Source of the DNA: Candidatus Latescibacterota bacterium | Lineage (GTDB): Bacteria > Latescibacterota > UBA2968 | Direction of reading: 5' to 3' | Assembly: GCA_965116885.1 (NCBI GenBank) | Contig: OZ220741.1 | Location: 3,264,001-3,328,000 of the forward strand | DNA length: 64,000 nucleotides | Shown: positions 1 to 9,478 of the stretch, piece by piece | Position numbering within the stretch: the stretch's first letter is position 1 | How the letters are laid out: each line of letters opens with the position of its first letter | The notes under the pieces: model-generated | Told to the model about the DNA's origin: nothing | The model's input: the letters and a program-made list of their open reading frames with translations, nothing else | The model's database searches: none | Made by a program: the position numbers and the translations under genes

Positions 1-699
1 CAGATTGTCTGATTCTTGACTGCTGAGTAATTTTTCGGCTTCCTCAAGTTGTTGCTTATCGTTAATTGGCAGCCAAAAATCAGCTTCGATCACTTTGATT
101 TTTCGACCAGATGCAATCAGATTCATCCATACATCGGGCGTTTCGTATTCGCCGCGTGCGGATGGCGCGATTTCTGTGTCAAAGAAATCTCTGTCCATGA
201 CCATCGCGCCGTTCCAAACCAAATCTGAAATAAACGTCTGGGGCTTTTCGACTGACCGAAGGAGGTATCCGTTGTCATCTGTTACCAGAACCCCAAAATG
301 TTGAGGCTGCGCCACTCGCGAGCCAATGAGAGATAGGTCCCGCTGTTGGACGAGTTTTTGAAGGCTGCACGGCCCAAAAATATCATCGCCTACCATTCCC
401 AGCCACCGCCCGGTGATTGCAGGTGCGGCGACCCGAAAAGCATGGGCGATTCCCAATGGATCTTCCTGAACGAGAAATACAATGCGCCGCCCCCCATATA
501 TGCCGTCTGAAAAGTGCTGGCGAATCGCCTCTTCGTGCGGTCCTCCTACAATGAATACAAGTTCGCGTATCTCGTTCGGCAATCGATCCAGCGCGTGTTC
601 CACCACGGGCTTTCCCGCTACCGGCAATAAGTGCTTCGGTCCCTCATAATCCATCGCCATCCGCGTTCCCTTGCCGGCTAACAGCACAACTGCTTGCAT
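1..699 (-). CDS. Sugar-phosphate nucleotidyltransferase family protein (3' end runs off the window)
   Basis: Read by hand from ATG at 699: MQAVVLLAGKGTRM...GPKHLLPVAGKPV, the NTP-transferase LAGxGTR..PK motif. Frame is open to position 1. Confidence 0.85.
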   Translation of the reverse strand, partial: MQAVVLLAGKGTRMAMDYEGPKHLLPVAGKPVVEHALDRLPNEIRELVFIVGGPHEEAIRQHFSDGIYGGRRIVFLVQEDPLGIAHAFRVAAPAITGRWLGMVGDDIFGPCSLQKLVQQRDLSLIGSRVAQPQHFGVLVTDDNGYLLRSVEKPQTFISDLVWNGAMVMDRDFFDTEIAPSARGEYETPDVWMNLIASGRKIKVIEADFWLPINDKQQLEEAEKLLSSQESDNL

Positions 700-724
700 A
701 AAGGTCTCCCGACTACTGATGCTC

Positions 725-1705
725 TCAATGACTGTCCCGATAGTGTTGCTTGAGAATATCGCTGCCAAAGTCATTGGTCAGGTCGCGCCAGACTGCGTGG
801 ATATGATTGGCCTCGTCTTGAGTGCAGTCGTATTCTGCGAGGAAGGTGGAGCCGAGCACGCGATAGTAATGGCCTTCGCCGCGATTCACACCGCCAGCCC
901 AGGCGAATGCGGCTGTGTCGAGTGAGGTGAGTTTTGTACGCTGGGCTTCTGCAATTCTGTTGGGTAAGCGGGTGATATATACATCGATGAGTGCAGTGAC
1001 GACTTCGCGTTGTGATGCGGTCATGTCCTTGAGTTTCAGACCCTCAATTTGGACTTCATCATTTACCTGGGGGACATTGCGAGTGAGGATGTCAGCAGGG
1101 GCTTCGTCACTGATGATTGCCACTCTTTTTTGGTCGCCGTCCAGAGAAGCGAGCAGATCGCGAGCGAGGTCTTCCTCTTCTTTTAGGGCGCGCAATCCCT
1201 CGTGTTCGCCGTGCCGAACTTGTGCGGGATTGGAGCCGAAGAAGACGGGCGTAGGCGCGACGAGCGTGCCGCTGACAATGGTGTAATTGACGGAGACGTG
1301 ATGGCCTTCAAAACGCCAACTCCATGTTGTCTCGCCATTGGGGGTGCCAAAGATGACGAGGTTGTAGAGATCTGGATCGCGCGGAAACCGCCGTCTGGGG
1401 CCTTCCACTTCGGCGAGGATGGGTTCCAGGTTGATGATTGTTCTGGCTTTGGTGCGCGCCTGTTCACTCAGTCCGGTATCGAGCAGGGCAAATGCTTTGT
1501 CGCGCTGGTGGGCTTCCATGTCTTTGAGCGCGAGACCCAATCGGTCGCGCGGGATGTAGTGCCAGTCCTGTCGTGCGTTTTCATCTCCAAAGCCCAGTTG
1601 CGCAGTCGCCGCCTGATCGGGACGCAGAGATGCCAAAAATGCCGTGGCAGCATCGGCCATGCGGTTGGCCGTGTCAATTTGGGTATAGAGTTCTTCGAGG
1701 TTCAT
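725..1705 (-). CDS. DUF3500 domain-containing protein
   Basis: WHYIPR, WRFEGHHVSVNYT, TPVFFGSNPA, NHIHAVWRD motifs. Start MNLEEL follows an AGGAG RBS. Confidence 0.8.
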   Translation of the reverse strand: MNLEELYTQIDTANRMADAATAFLASLRPDQAATAQLGFGDENARQDWHYIPRDRLGLALKDMEAHQRDKAFALLDTGLSEQARTKARTIINLEPILAEVEGPRRRFPRDPDLYNLVIFGTPNGETTWSWRFEGHHVSVNYTIVSGTLVAPTPVFFGSNPAQVRHGEHEGLRALKEEEDLARDLLASLDGDQKRVAIISDEAPADILTRNVPQVNDEVQIEGLKLKDMTASQREVVTALIDVYITRLPNRIAEAQRTKLTSLDTAAFAWAGGVNRGEGHYYRVLGSTFLAEYDCTQDEANHIHAVWRDLTNDFGSDILKQHYRDSH

Positions 1706-1745
1706 GTTCTCAACTCCTTGTGAATGTGAATGATTCAGTTGTTTT

Positions 1746-2585
1746 TCACAGAGAATCTGACCGCTGTTTTCTCCCCCCCAAGGTAGCACCGCCATCAATG
1801 GTCAGTGCTTGTCCGGTGATATTTTTCCCTTTGTCGCTTGCCAAAAAGACGACCATGTGGCCCACATCTTCGGGGGTTTGTTCGGCTCCCAGGGGGACGC
1901 TGTTGCGGATTACATCTTCGAAAATTTCTCTTGCGGTATATTCCTTGTATGCCGGGTTGTTGTTTTTAATTTGAGATGCGATCATTTCCCAGGCGCGCGT
2001 CCAGAGGTATCCGGGACATATTGCGTTGACTCTGATTCCACGCCCCGCGAGTTGGCTGGCTAAGGTTCTGGTTAAATGAATGACTCCGGCTTTTGCCGCG
2101 CCATAAGCCGGCATGGAAACGCTGGGCATCAGCGCGGCGATAGATGCGATGTTGATGATGCTGGATCCGCGGCTGAGATGTGGAATGGCAGCTCTGGATG
2201 AGACAAAGGCGGTCCGGAGATTGGTGTGTAGATGCGCGTCCCAGTCGTCAACGGATAATTCCGTCAGGGGGATTTCCAGCGATGCTTTGGCTGCGTTAGT
2301 ATCCGGTCCTCCAATGCCCGCGTTGTTGACGAGTATATCGAGTGCGCCGAGTTCTGTAACAACCCGGTCCGTTGCCGCGTGCATGGCGGTTTCATCGGAT
2401 GCATCGGCCGATAGACCTATTGCGGGCGTTTTGAGCGTTTTTGCGGTTTCTTTTGCGCCTTCGCCATCCAGGTCGGCAATGGCGATTTTTGCACCCGCAT
2501 CTGACAGGTGTTGTGCTATGGCCGCTCCAATGCCCCGCGCTGCACCGGTTATGAGTGCGACTCGGTTTTGTAATTCCAGGCTCAC
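1746..2585 (-). CDS. SDR family NAD(P)-dependent oxidoreductase
   Basis: TGAARGIG, NNAG, YGAAK motifs. GTG start just after the upstream stop. Confidence 0.9.
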   Translation of the reverse strand: MSLELQNRVALITGAARGIGAAIAQHLSDAGAKIAIADLDGEGAKETAKTLKTPAIGLSADASDETAMHAATDRVVTELGALDILVNNAGIGGPDTNAAKASLEIPLTELSVDDWDAHLHTNLRTAFVSSRAAIPHLSRGSSIINIASIAALMPSVSMPAYGAAKAGVIHLTRTLASQLAGRGIRVNAICPGYLWTRAWEMIASQIKNNNPAYKEYTAREIFEDVIRNSVPLGAEQTPEDVGHMVVFLASDKGKNITGQALTIDGGATLGGRKQRSDSL

Positions 2586-2587
2586 GA

Positions 2588-5491
2588 TTATTCCTCTTCT
2601 AATTCTAATCCGAGTGTCTTGCCTTTTTGAACCGCGGGAATGCCCGCGCTCATCCACACAGGGGCGGGGGCGTCTTTGAGGTAGTGGTCAAAGAATTGTT
2701 GCAGGCGGATGCTCCAATCTTTGCGGTTGTGGTGTTTGCGAATGCCGTGGGCTTCCCCGTTGTAATTGACCATCCATGCGGGTTTGCCCAGGCGGCGCAG
2801 GGCAACGAAGAGTTCGATGCCCTGATACCAGGGTACTGCGCCGTCGTCGTCGTTGTGCAAGATGAGCAATGGCGTTTGAATTTTGTCTGCCCAGAAGATG
2901 GGGGAGTTTTCGATAAATCGCGTGGGTGCTTCCCAGAGCGAACCGCCGATGCGACTCTGGCTTTTTTCGTATTGCATCATGCGGCTCAGTCCCGAAGCCC
3001 AGCGAATGCCGCCGTACGCACTGATCATATTTGAGACGGGTGCGCCGGCTTCGGCTGCCCGAAATATATTGGTTCGGGTGATCATATAGGCGATTTGATA
3101 GCCGCCCCAACTGTGGCCCTGTACGCCGATTCGGTCGGGATTGACGAATCCCCGATTTATGAGGTGCGTCACGCCAGAGACAACGGCGTTGACAGCACTT
3201 TCTCCGGGGAAGCCGACTTTGTAGGGGATATCCGGGATAAAGATCAGATATCCGCGGCTGACGTAGAATGGGAAATTTATGGAGGCACCAGAGGCTCTTG
3301 GTGCCCGGTGGGCGTGTAGTTGGTGGGACATTTTTTCATAGAAATAGACCAGCATGGGATATTTCTGGGTGGAATCGAAATTTTCGGGTTTGTAGAGGAT
3401 ACCCTGCAGGGGTTTGCCATCGAGCGAGACCCATTCGACGAGTTCGGCAGTGCCCCACAGGTAGTCTTTTTGTTGCGGATTGACTTCGCTTATTTTTCGC
3501 GCATTCTGAAAATTGAGACCAGAAGCCCAGAGGTCGGGATATTCTTCAAAAGAGGATTGTCTGAAGAGGAGTACGTCGGTGTCTTTGGCTTTTTGGAGAT
3601 TGGAAAACCGTTTGTTGCGCGCGATGAGTTCAGCGGGCTTGTCGGTGCTTTCAAGGCGGTCTCGATAGTAGCCCATGGCTTTGGTTTTGAGATTGAAACC
3701 CGATAAGAGCAAATCGGCTTTTGGATCGCGTGCCCGTTCTTCGGGGTCGAGGCGTACATATCGAAAGCGCGTTTCGGTCTCGCGCCCAACTCCTTCGGTG
3801 ATGTTGATGGGTGCTTTGCGCCCATTGGGATCGGTGAGCCAGATGTCGTAGCGGTCGTAAATGAGAAATTCTTTGTCGCCTTTTGCCCATCCGGCATTGC
3901 CATGTGCGCTGGGTGGATACGGCCAGTCGTGTAATTCGTTGTGAACGGGATGGGGGATATTTTTGCTGACGTTGACGCGGATCAAGTTTTTGACATGCTG
4001 AACGTACCAGTTTTTCTGGACGCGATCCCACCAGTAGATGTATTTGGATTCGGGCGAGAGGGTGGGGCGCGTCTGCATTTTGGTGAGTGCGCGCGTTGCC
4101 TCACCGGTTTTTATGTCGATCAAATAGCTGTCGTAATAAGCTGGCGAATCCCATGAGATGAGTTGTCGATAGGGGAGAATCGAATAGCCTACCGCGACGT
4201 CGGCATTGCCCTCGCTTCCCAGGCGAATATTGGGGATGGTTTCTGTGGCGAGTTGAACGATTTTGCCATTGTTGAGATGAAAGACAGCGCGATAAGTGCG
4301 TTCGCGTTCCTCTTTGGCATCTTTGAGTTGCATGGGCTGGAGATAGGGGTCTTTCCAGTTCCAGATATCGACTGCGACTTTTTCGTCGTCGGGCGTGTCG
4401 TCCTCTGCTTCCACTTCTGGTCTGGGTGCGGTCCCAAAAAAGAGGCGCTTGCCATTTTTGGAAAAGGAGAGGTTGGCGTGTTCGCTGACCCACCAGTTCG
4501 GTGGTATGCCCTTTGTCTCAGATCGGGCGATTTTTTTTGCCTTATTGCGCGAGCCAATGGGCCAGTAATAGAGGGCGTATTCCTGTTGTTCTGAGTTAAA
4601 GCTGTCGCGGTTGGCAATAAATGCGAGATGGAGACTGGATTCGTCCGTGGTGATTTTTTTGTAATCACCTGCGCCCGTGAGTATGGCTGTGGTGTCGCCC
4701 GTGCTGGTGCGAATGGCGTAGATGCCGTCGGCTGTGCTGTCTTTGTTGGCTGCGGCAAAAATGAGATACGAACCGCTTTCTGTGAAGGCGTAGGAGACTA
4801 TGTGGTTATATCTCGTTTCAGCACTGGTTTGAAGGTTGCGGAGAACGAGTGTGGTGCCTTCGGCTTTTCTGCGCTTTTTCTTTTTGGAGTCTTTTGGTTC
4901 TTCCTTTTGGGCTTCTTTAGTTTCAGGCTTTTGTTCGGGCTGTTTTTCGGGTTTTTGCTCTTCTTTTTTTTCTTCAGGTTCGGATGGTTTTTTCTTTTTG
5001 TTCGCAGTAGTGTCTTTTTTTGCGATTTCTTTTTCCAGTAAATAGGCGACCCATCCGCCGTTTTCTTTGGGCAGTTTGAAGGATTTGACGCGTGCGGCCT
5101 TAAAGATGTCTCCCGTGGCGAGGGTGATGATGCCAAGCGAGTCTTTGGGCGATTCTTCGGGTTTTTTCTTGTCGCGTTTTGCCTGTTTTACCGAGTCTTT
5201 GAAGGCTTTGATGAGGGTGACGATATAACGCGAGTCTCTGGTGAAGCGAATGGATTCTCCACGCGGTATCGCGTATGAGCGGTCATCTGCAAGGCTTGTG
5301 ATGCGGAGTTCGGTGTCTTTTTCATCCGGGCCGATGGAGAGAAAAGCCCATTGTCCGTTGTCAGAAATATTGCTGGCGTGCGTGCGATTCCATACGTCAT
5401 ACACGTCGTGATCCAACGGCTTTTTCCCCTGGGCAAAGACGAGTGGCGATAAACACAAGAGCACAGATAGAAGATATGTAGATAGGCGCAT
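2588..5491 (-). CDS. Secreted S9 family (prolyl oligopeptidase/acylaminoacyl) peptidase
   Basis: Signal peptide, GHSWGG nucleophile motif, DGAV Asp and EAHG His. Contains a K/E/P-rich low-complexity insert. Confidence 0.9.
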   Translation of the reverse strand: MRLSTYLLSVLLCLSPLVFAQGKKPLDHDVYDVWNRTHASNISDNGQWAFLSIGPDEKDTELRITSLADDRSYAIPRGESIRFTRDSRYIVTLIKAFKDSVKQAKRDKKKPEESPKDSLGIITLATGDIFKAARVKSFKLPKENGGWVAYLLEKEIAKKDTTANKKKKPSEPEEKKEEQKPEKQPEQKPETKEAQKEEPKDSKKKKRRKAEGTTLVLRNLQTSAETRYNHIVSYAFTESGSYLIFAAANKDSTADGIYAIRTSTGDTTAILTGAGDYKKITTDESSLHLAFIANRDSFNSEQQEYALYYWPIGSRNKAKKIARSETKGIPPNWWVSEHANLSFSKNGKRLFFGTAPRPEVEAEDDTPDDEKVAVDIWNWKDPYLQPMQLKDAKEERERTYRAVFHLNNGKIVQLATETIPNIRLGSEGNADVAVGYSILPYRQLISWDSPAYYDSYLIDIKTGEATRALTKMQTRPTLSPESKYIYWWDRVQKNWYVQHVKNLIRVNVSKNIPHPVHNELHDWPYPPSAHGNAGWAKGDKEFLIYDRYDIWLTDPNGRKAPINITEGVGRETETRFRYVRLDPEERARDPKADLLLSGFNLKTKAMGYYRDRLESTDKPAELIARNKRFSNLQKAKDTDVLLFRQSSFEEYPDLWASGLNFQNARKISEVNPQQKDYLWGTAELVEWVSLDGKPLQGILYKPENFDSTQKYPMLVYFYEKMSHQLHAHRAPRASGASINFPFYVSRGYLIFIPDIPYKVGFPGESAVNAVVSGVTHLINRGFVNPDRIGVQGHSWGGYQIAYMITRTNIFRAAEAGAPVSNMISAYGGIRWASGLSRMMQYEKSQSRIGGSLWEAPTRFIENSPIFWADKIQTPLLILHNDDDGAVPWYQGIELFVALRRLGKPAWMVNYNGEAHGIRKHHNRKDWSIRLQQFFDHYLKDAPAPVWMSAGIPAVQKGKTLGLELEEE

Positions 5492-5571
5492 AGGTGATCT
5501 CGTAGAAGTAGGAGGTTTTGGACAGGTAAGTTTCTGAACAATATAATAGATATACAGCGGTGGGCAAAAAT

Positions 5572-5599
5572 AAAAGCCGACACATAAACATCGGCTTTT
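5572..5599. terminator. Intrinsic terminator-like hairpin
   Basis: aaaagccga-N10-tcggctttt with flanking A/T tracts. Confidence 0.6.
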
Positions 5600-5661
5600 G
5601 TTTTTTTGGTTCTTTTTTGTAACTATTTAGGTCATTTGAATGATGAGGAAAAAAAGATGCT

Positions 5662-5750
5662 GTAGGAGCGGCATCCCTGCCGCGATTAAGGTCGGGGAGC
5701 GGGGTACAACTGGTCGTCTCTCAGGCCAGTTTAAGGGATTTCCCTCCTAC
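5662..5750. repeat. GTAG-family REP/REPIN-like element
   Basis: Begins GTAGGAGCGGCATCCCTGCCGC (internal palindrome GCGGCA/TGCCGC) and ends CTCCTAC, the inverse of GTAGGAG. Confidence 0.6.
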
Positions 5751-5758
5751 GCGCAACC

Positions 5759-6238
5759 TTAGAAATTTGATTCTACGTGGTATTTTGCAGAGTATTCTTT
5801 CAGGTTCTTTTTTATTTGCTGAAACTGCGTGTATGAGCAGGTACCCGCTGGAATTTCGATGGGGTGTGCTGGTTGGGCTTTTGGAATGATTTCCACGCCG
5901 TTGATTTTGAGGTGCATCGCCTGGATTTCATCCCAGGATATTTTTTCAGCGTGCCCGCGCTGTTTGGTTTTGATTTCCAGGCCCTCTTTGCTGAATACTA
6001 CTCGCGGTCGTCCGAATTTTTTTGAGGTATAAAGATCAATGATCGCGGTAGCGATTATCGCAACAGCACCGAGAATGTTTATTGTACCTAATATCCACTC
6101 AGCGAGACCGTGTATGTGCGTAAGGTATCGCCAGCCCTGGTAGATCAAGAATCCAGTGAAGAATACGAAATACGACCACCAAAACCTCTTCATTCGGCGG
6201 GGGTGTTCTACGTCAAGGTAAACTGTAAAAGTGTCCAT
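5759..6238 (-). CDS. Hypothetical membrane protein (2 TM plus soluble C-terminal domain)
   Basis: 159-aa ORF with two hydrophobic segments and a GAGG RBS. Confidence 0.65.
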   Translation of the reverse strand: MDTFTVYLDVEHPRRMKRFWWSYFVFFTGFLIYQGWRYLTHIHGLAEWILGTINILGAVAIIATAIIDLYTSKKFGRPRVVFSKEGLEIKTKQRGHAEKISWDEIQAMHLKINGVEIIPKAQPAHPIEIPAGTCSYTQFQQIKKNLKEYSAKYHVESNF

Positions 6239-6267
6239 GTATTGTCCTCTAAAGTTTTGCAGGTGAT

Positions 6268-6522
6268 TTATCGCCCAGTATCATCCTTTGAAACCTCACC
6301 TTTATCATCCTCTGAAATATGGCGGATTTCTCCAGCGCGTTGTTGTACGATTTCCTGTGCTGCGCGTTTTTTGTCTTCGTTGAGCATGAGGTCTGTTGCG
6401 CCGAGCATCGTTGTGGCCGATCCGCCACCTTTGCGACTGCCTTTTACAAGCGCGTAAAGTGCATAGCCGATGAGAAGAATTGCGATAAGTGTAAAAATGG
6501 CGACTCCCATGAAATGTTCCAT
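6268..6522 (-). CDS. Small single-pass membrane protein
   Basis: 84 aa, N-terminal TM helix, directly abuts the permease stop codon. Confidence 0.6.
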   Translation of the reverse strand: MEHFMGVAIFTLIAILLIGYALYALVKGSRKGGGSATTMLGATDLMLNEDKKRAAQEIVQQRAGEIRHISEDDKGEVSKDDTGR

Positions 6523-7719
6523 TTAAGTCTCCCGAAAGATCGTGCTTTCGCGTTCAAACCATCTGGCGCAGCCGTAGAGGCTGAGGGCTGCAAGGGCGAT
6601 GAGCGAGGCATAGACTTCGAATAATAGGGGTAGTTTGATGGTTCCCGCGAAAATTTCTTTGGATGCAAGTGAGACATTTAAGACCGGTATGAGCGAGGTG
6701 ATGGCATTGAGTTCAATGCCGGGCAAGAGGCCGATAAATACGGGAATAATAACTATGATGTTGAGGGGTGCCACAATGCTCTGCGCTTCTTTGAAAGATT
6801 TGGCAAATATGGAGACGGACATTAAGGCGGCGGCAAAAAAGATGGTTAAGGGCAGGCACAGAGAAAGGACCAGGAGGATGGATGATATTTCGAACATGCC
6901 CTGTAGCGCGTCGAGGATTCTTGCGACAATTTCTCGTTGTAACATAACAGCTATAAAAAAACCGATAAAACTGTTGGCGATTGACGCAAATCCCGATAGG
7001 ACAATCACACCGCATTTGCCCAGCAAGATCTGAATTTTGCTGACGGGGGCGACGAGCAGTGTTTCGAGGGTGGCGCGTTCTTTTTCGCCAGCGCCCAGAT
7101 CAAGGGCTGGATACATACACCCCATAAAACACATTATGACAAAAATATAAGGCAAAAAACCACCTACGCTTTTTCCGATTCTTTCCCGTTGAGAAGCAAT
7201 GTCGTGGCGTCTGACCTGTACGGGGTCCACGATCATGCGGTCGAGGGCAAGCCGTTGGAATCGGTCATTGATGATCTGGTTTTCGTAGTCTCGAATCAGA
7301 CTTGTCAGGCGATTGCGGGATGCGTCCATATCTCTGGAGGATTTGAAATAGAGATGGATGTGGCCGCGTTGTAAGTCGGCGATTTGGGTATCGAATTGCT
7401 CATCAACGCGAATGGCGGCATCTATGCTGTCGGATCGGATGAGCTGAGGGATTATGTCTTCTGTTATGTCTTCTCGAATTTTCAGGTCGTCGCGTTTGAT
7501 CAGGATTTCGCGGAATGCCTCTGCATTGCCCTGTGTGATCAGGGCAACCACAAGTGTTTTGGTTCTGACTTTTTGGGCCTGACGAGTAGTAAAAACGGCT
7601 GCTATAGTGAATAACAGTGGGAATAATAGCATTGGTATGATGAACATCATCATCATCGAACGCCGGTCGCGCGTGATGTCCTTAAATTCTTTTTTGAAGA
7701 TGGTGAGGATTGTTTTCAT
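6523..7719 (-). CDS. ABC-2 type permease (NatB-like Na+ efflux)
   Basis: IFKKEFKDITRDRR N-terminus, AGEKERATLETLL, AKSFKEAQS motifs. Confidence 0.85.
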   Translation of the reverse strand: MKTILTIFKKEFKDITRDRRSMMMMFIIPMLLFPLLFTIAAVFTTRQAQKVRTKTLVVALITQGNAEAFREILIKRDDLKIREDITEDIIPQLIRSDSIDAAIRVDEQFDTQIADLQRGHIHLYFKSSRDMDASRNRLTSLIRDYENQIINDRFQRLALDRMIVDPVQVRRHDIASQRERIGKSVGGFLPYIFVIMCFMGCMYPALDLGAGEKERATLETLLVAPVSKIQILLGKCGVIVLSGFASIANSFIGFFIAVMLQREIVARILDALQGMFEISSILLVLSLCLPLTIFFAAALMSVSIFAKSFKEAQSIVAPLNIIVIIPVFIGLLPGIELNAITSLIPVLNVSLASKEIFAGTIKLPLLFEVYASLIALAALSLYGCARWFERESTIFRET

Positions 7720-7734
7720 GGGAACCTCTTATGG

Positions 7735-7785
7735 CGAATGTACGAATCAACGAATCAACGAACCCCGCCCATCCTCCCAAAGTCA
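7735..7785. repeat. Dispersed 51-bp repeat with 8-nt tandem units (copy A)
   Basis: Three cgaatNNa units plus cgaaccccgc...cccaaagtca; 43/51 identical to 28917-28967. Confidence 0.75.
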
Positions 7786-7803
7786 GTGTGTATCGCCATT
7801 CGT

Positions 7804-8571
7804 CTATTCGTCTTCAACGATGCGGATAAATTCGTCTTCCAACGTGGGGGTTTGCATCTGGTTTTGAAAGTCTTCTAAGGTGCCGTTAAATTGCAATTGG
7901 CCTTTGTGAATGATGGCGAGGTCGTCGCTGAGCAGGCTGACTTCTCCCATGCGGTGCGTGGAAAAGATGACGGTTTTTCCCGCGTTTCGACAATCGCGGA
8001 TGAGGTGTACGATATTGCGCGAGGTGACGACGTCGAGGCCGTCGGTGGGTTCGTCGAATACAATGACATCGGGGTCGTGTATGATTGTGCGTACGATGGA
8101 GACTTTTTGTTTCATGCCCGTGGAGAGTTTGCCAATGCGGCGGTTTGCAAAGGCTTCCATGTCGAGGAGGGCAAAGAGGTGGTCGCGCCGCGTGTTGTAA
8201 TCGGCGCTGTTCATGCCGTGCAGGTCGGCAAAGTAGCGCACCATTTCATTGGGGGTCAGGCGATCGTACAAGCCCGTGTTGCCGGTGAGAAAGCCGAGGT
8301 TTTCGCGCACGGCTTGACTTTGTGTTACAGTGTCGTATTTCGCGACAGATATGCTACCCGAAGTGGGTTTGAGCATGGTGGCAATCATGCGCAATGCAGT
8401 GGTTTTTCCCGCGCCATTGGGACCCAATAGCGCGAAGACGCGACCGGGCTGACAGGTAAAGCTGATGTCGCACACTGCGTCGATGGTGTTGCCCTGAAAA
8501 CCATCTCCCATTTCGCGTTTTTGCTGCCGCGACAATTTGAAGGTTTTGACAATATTTTTTGCGATAACCAT
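7804..8571 (-). CDS. ABC transporter ATP-binding protein (NatA-like)
   Basis: GPNGAGKT Walker A, LSTGMKQK signature, VFDEPT Walker B. Confidence 0.9.
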   Translation of the reverse strand: MVIAKNIVKTFKLSRQQKREMGDGFQGNTIDAVCDISFTCQPGRVFALLGPNGAGKTTALRMIATMLKPTSGSISVAKYDTVTQSQAVRENLGFLTGNTGLYDRLTPNEMVRYFADLHGMNSADYNTRRDHLFALLDMEAFANRRIGKLSTGMKQKVSIVRTIIHDPDVIVFDEPTDGLDVVTSRNIVHLIRDCRNAGKTVIFSTHRMGEVSLLSDDLAIIHKGQLQFNGTLEDFQNQMQTPTLEDEFIRIVEDE

Positions 8572-8820
8572 AATGCACTCCGCGATTGCGGGTTGATATA
8601 GCGCGTGATCAGTGATCTCCCATTACTTTTTTATTAGTGATAGAGTTACCCAATTTTGTTTCAAAATGCAAGAGGACATTTTTGTATTGGGTTTTTTTGT
8701 TTAAAACAGAAGCCTGCATCTATTCGTCCGTGAACTGCAGGTATGGATTAGGAGTCTTTGGGAGTGTTGAGCGTGGCGAGGTGTGTGGAGATTGGATGGA
8801 GAATGTATTGGGATAGTCCC

Positions 8821-9276
8821 TTAAAAATACATTTGTTCGACATGCTCGGGTCTGGTTCTTGGAAGTACAACTTCACCAACTGTAAAACCATCTTCGAGGA
8901 GCGTCTCTACTTCGTCAATATCAGAAACTATTTTTACCGCTGTTCCTTCCAGTGCTGGTGTAAGCAACAGAACTTCTCGTCCGTCAATGCCCTGTTCTGT
9001 AAGCAATGCATCGCTATGTGTGCTCACAAATACCTGAGGCCGTCTGCTTCTTTGCATTCTGGAAATAAACGGTGCGAGTTGAGAGACGATACCCGCATTT
9101 AATGACAACTCTGGCTCTTCCAGTAAGAGTACGGAGTCACTTTCGAGAAGGTTAGATTTACCGGACGCATTTGCACCTACGACAAACTGACGCTCGCGCA
9201 ATGGGACATTGAGTTCTCGAAAATTGCGCCAGTTTTTTACAATAAGACGTTTGATCATCATAACAATAACTCCCAT
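8821..9276 (-). pseudogene. Internally deleted AAA/SMC-like ATPase (COG4637-type)
   Basis: Walker A GANASGKSN is joined almost directly to Walker B LLLEEPE and the H-loop STHS; the central region is missing. Confidence 0.7.
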
Positions 9277-9478
9277 GAAAACCTAAATGGCTCATCGCTC
9301 AAGCTCATCCATGGAAACATGATCTTCAACAGTAAAAATAACAGCATTGATAAACTTATTCGAGATGGGTGTGTTGGGCAAGCCATTTTGTAAGTGCGAT
9401 GCGCGGTATCAGATATAGTGTGTTCAATTTTAATAATGGCATATATTCCCTGTAAGCAAATCTGGTAAAGGTGAAAAT

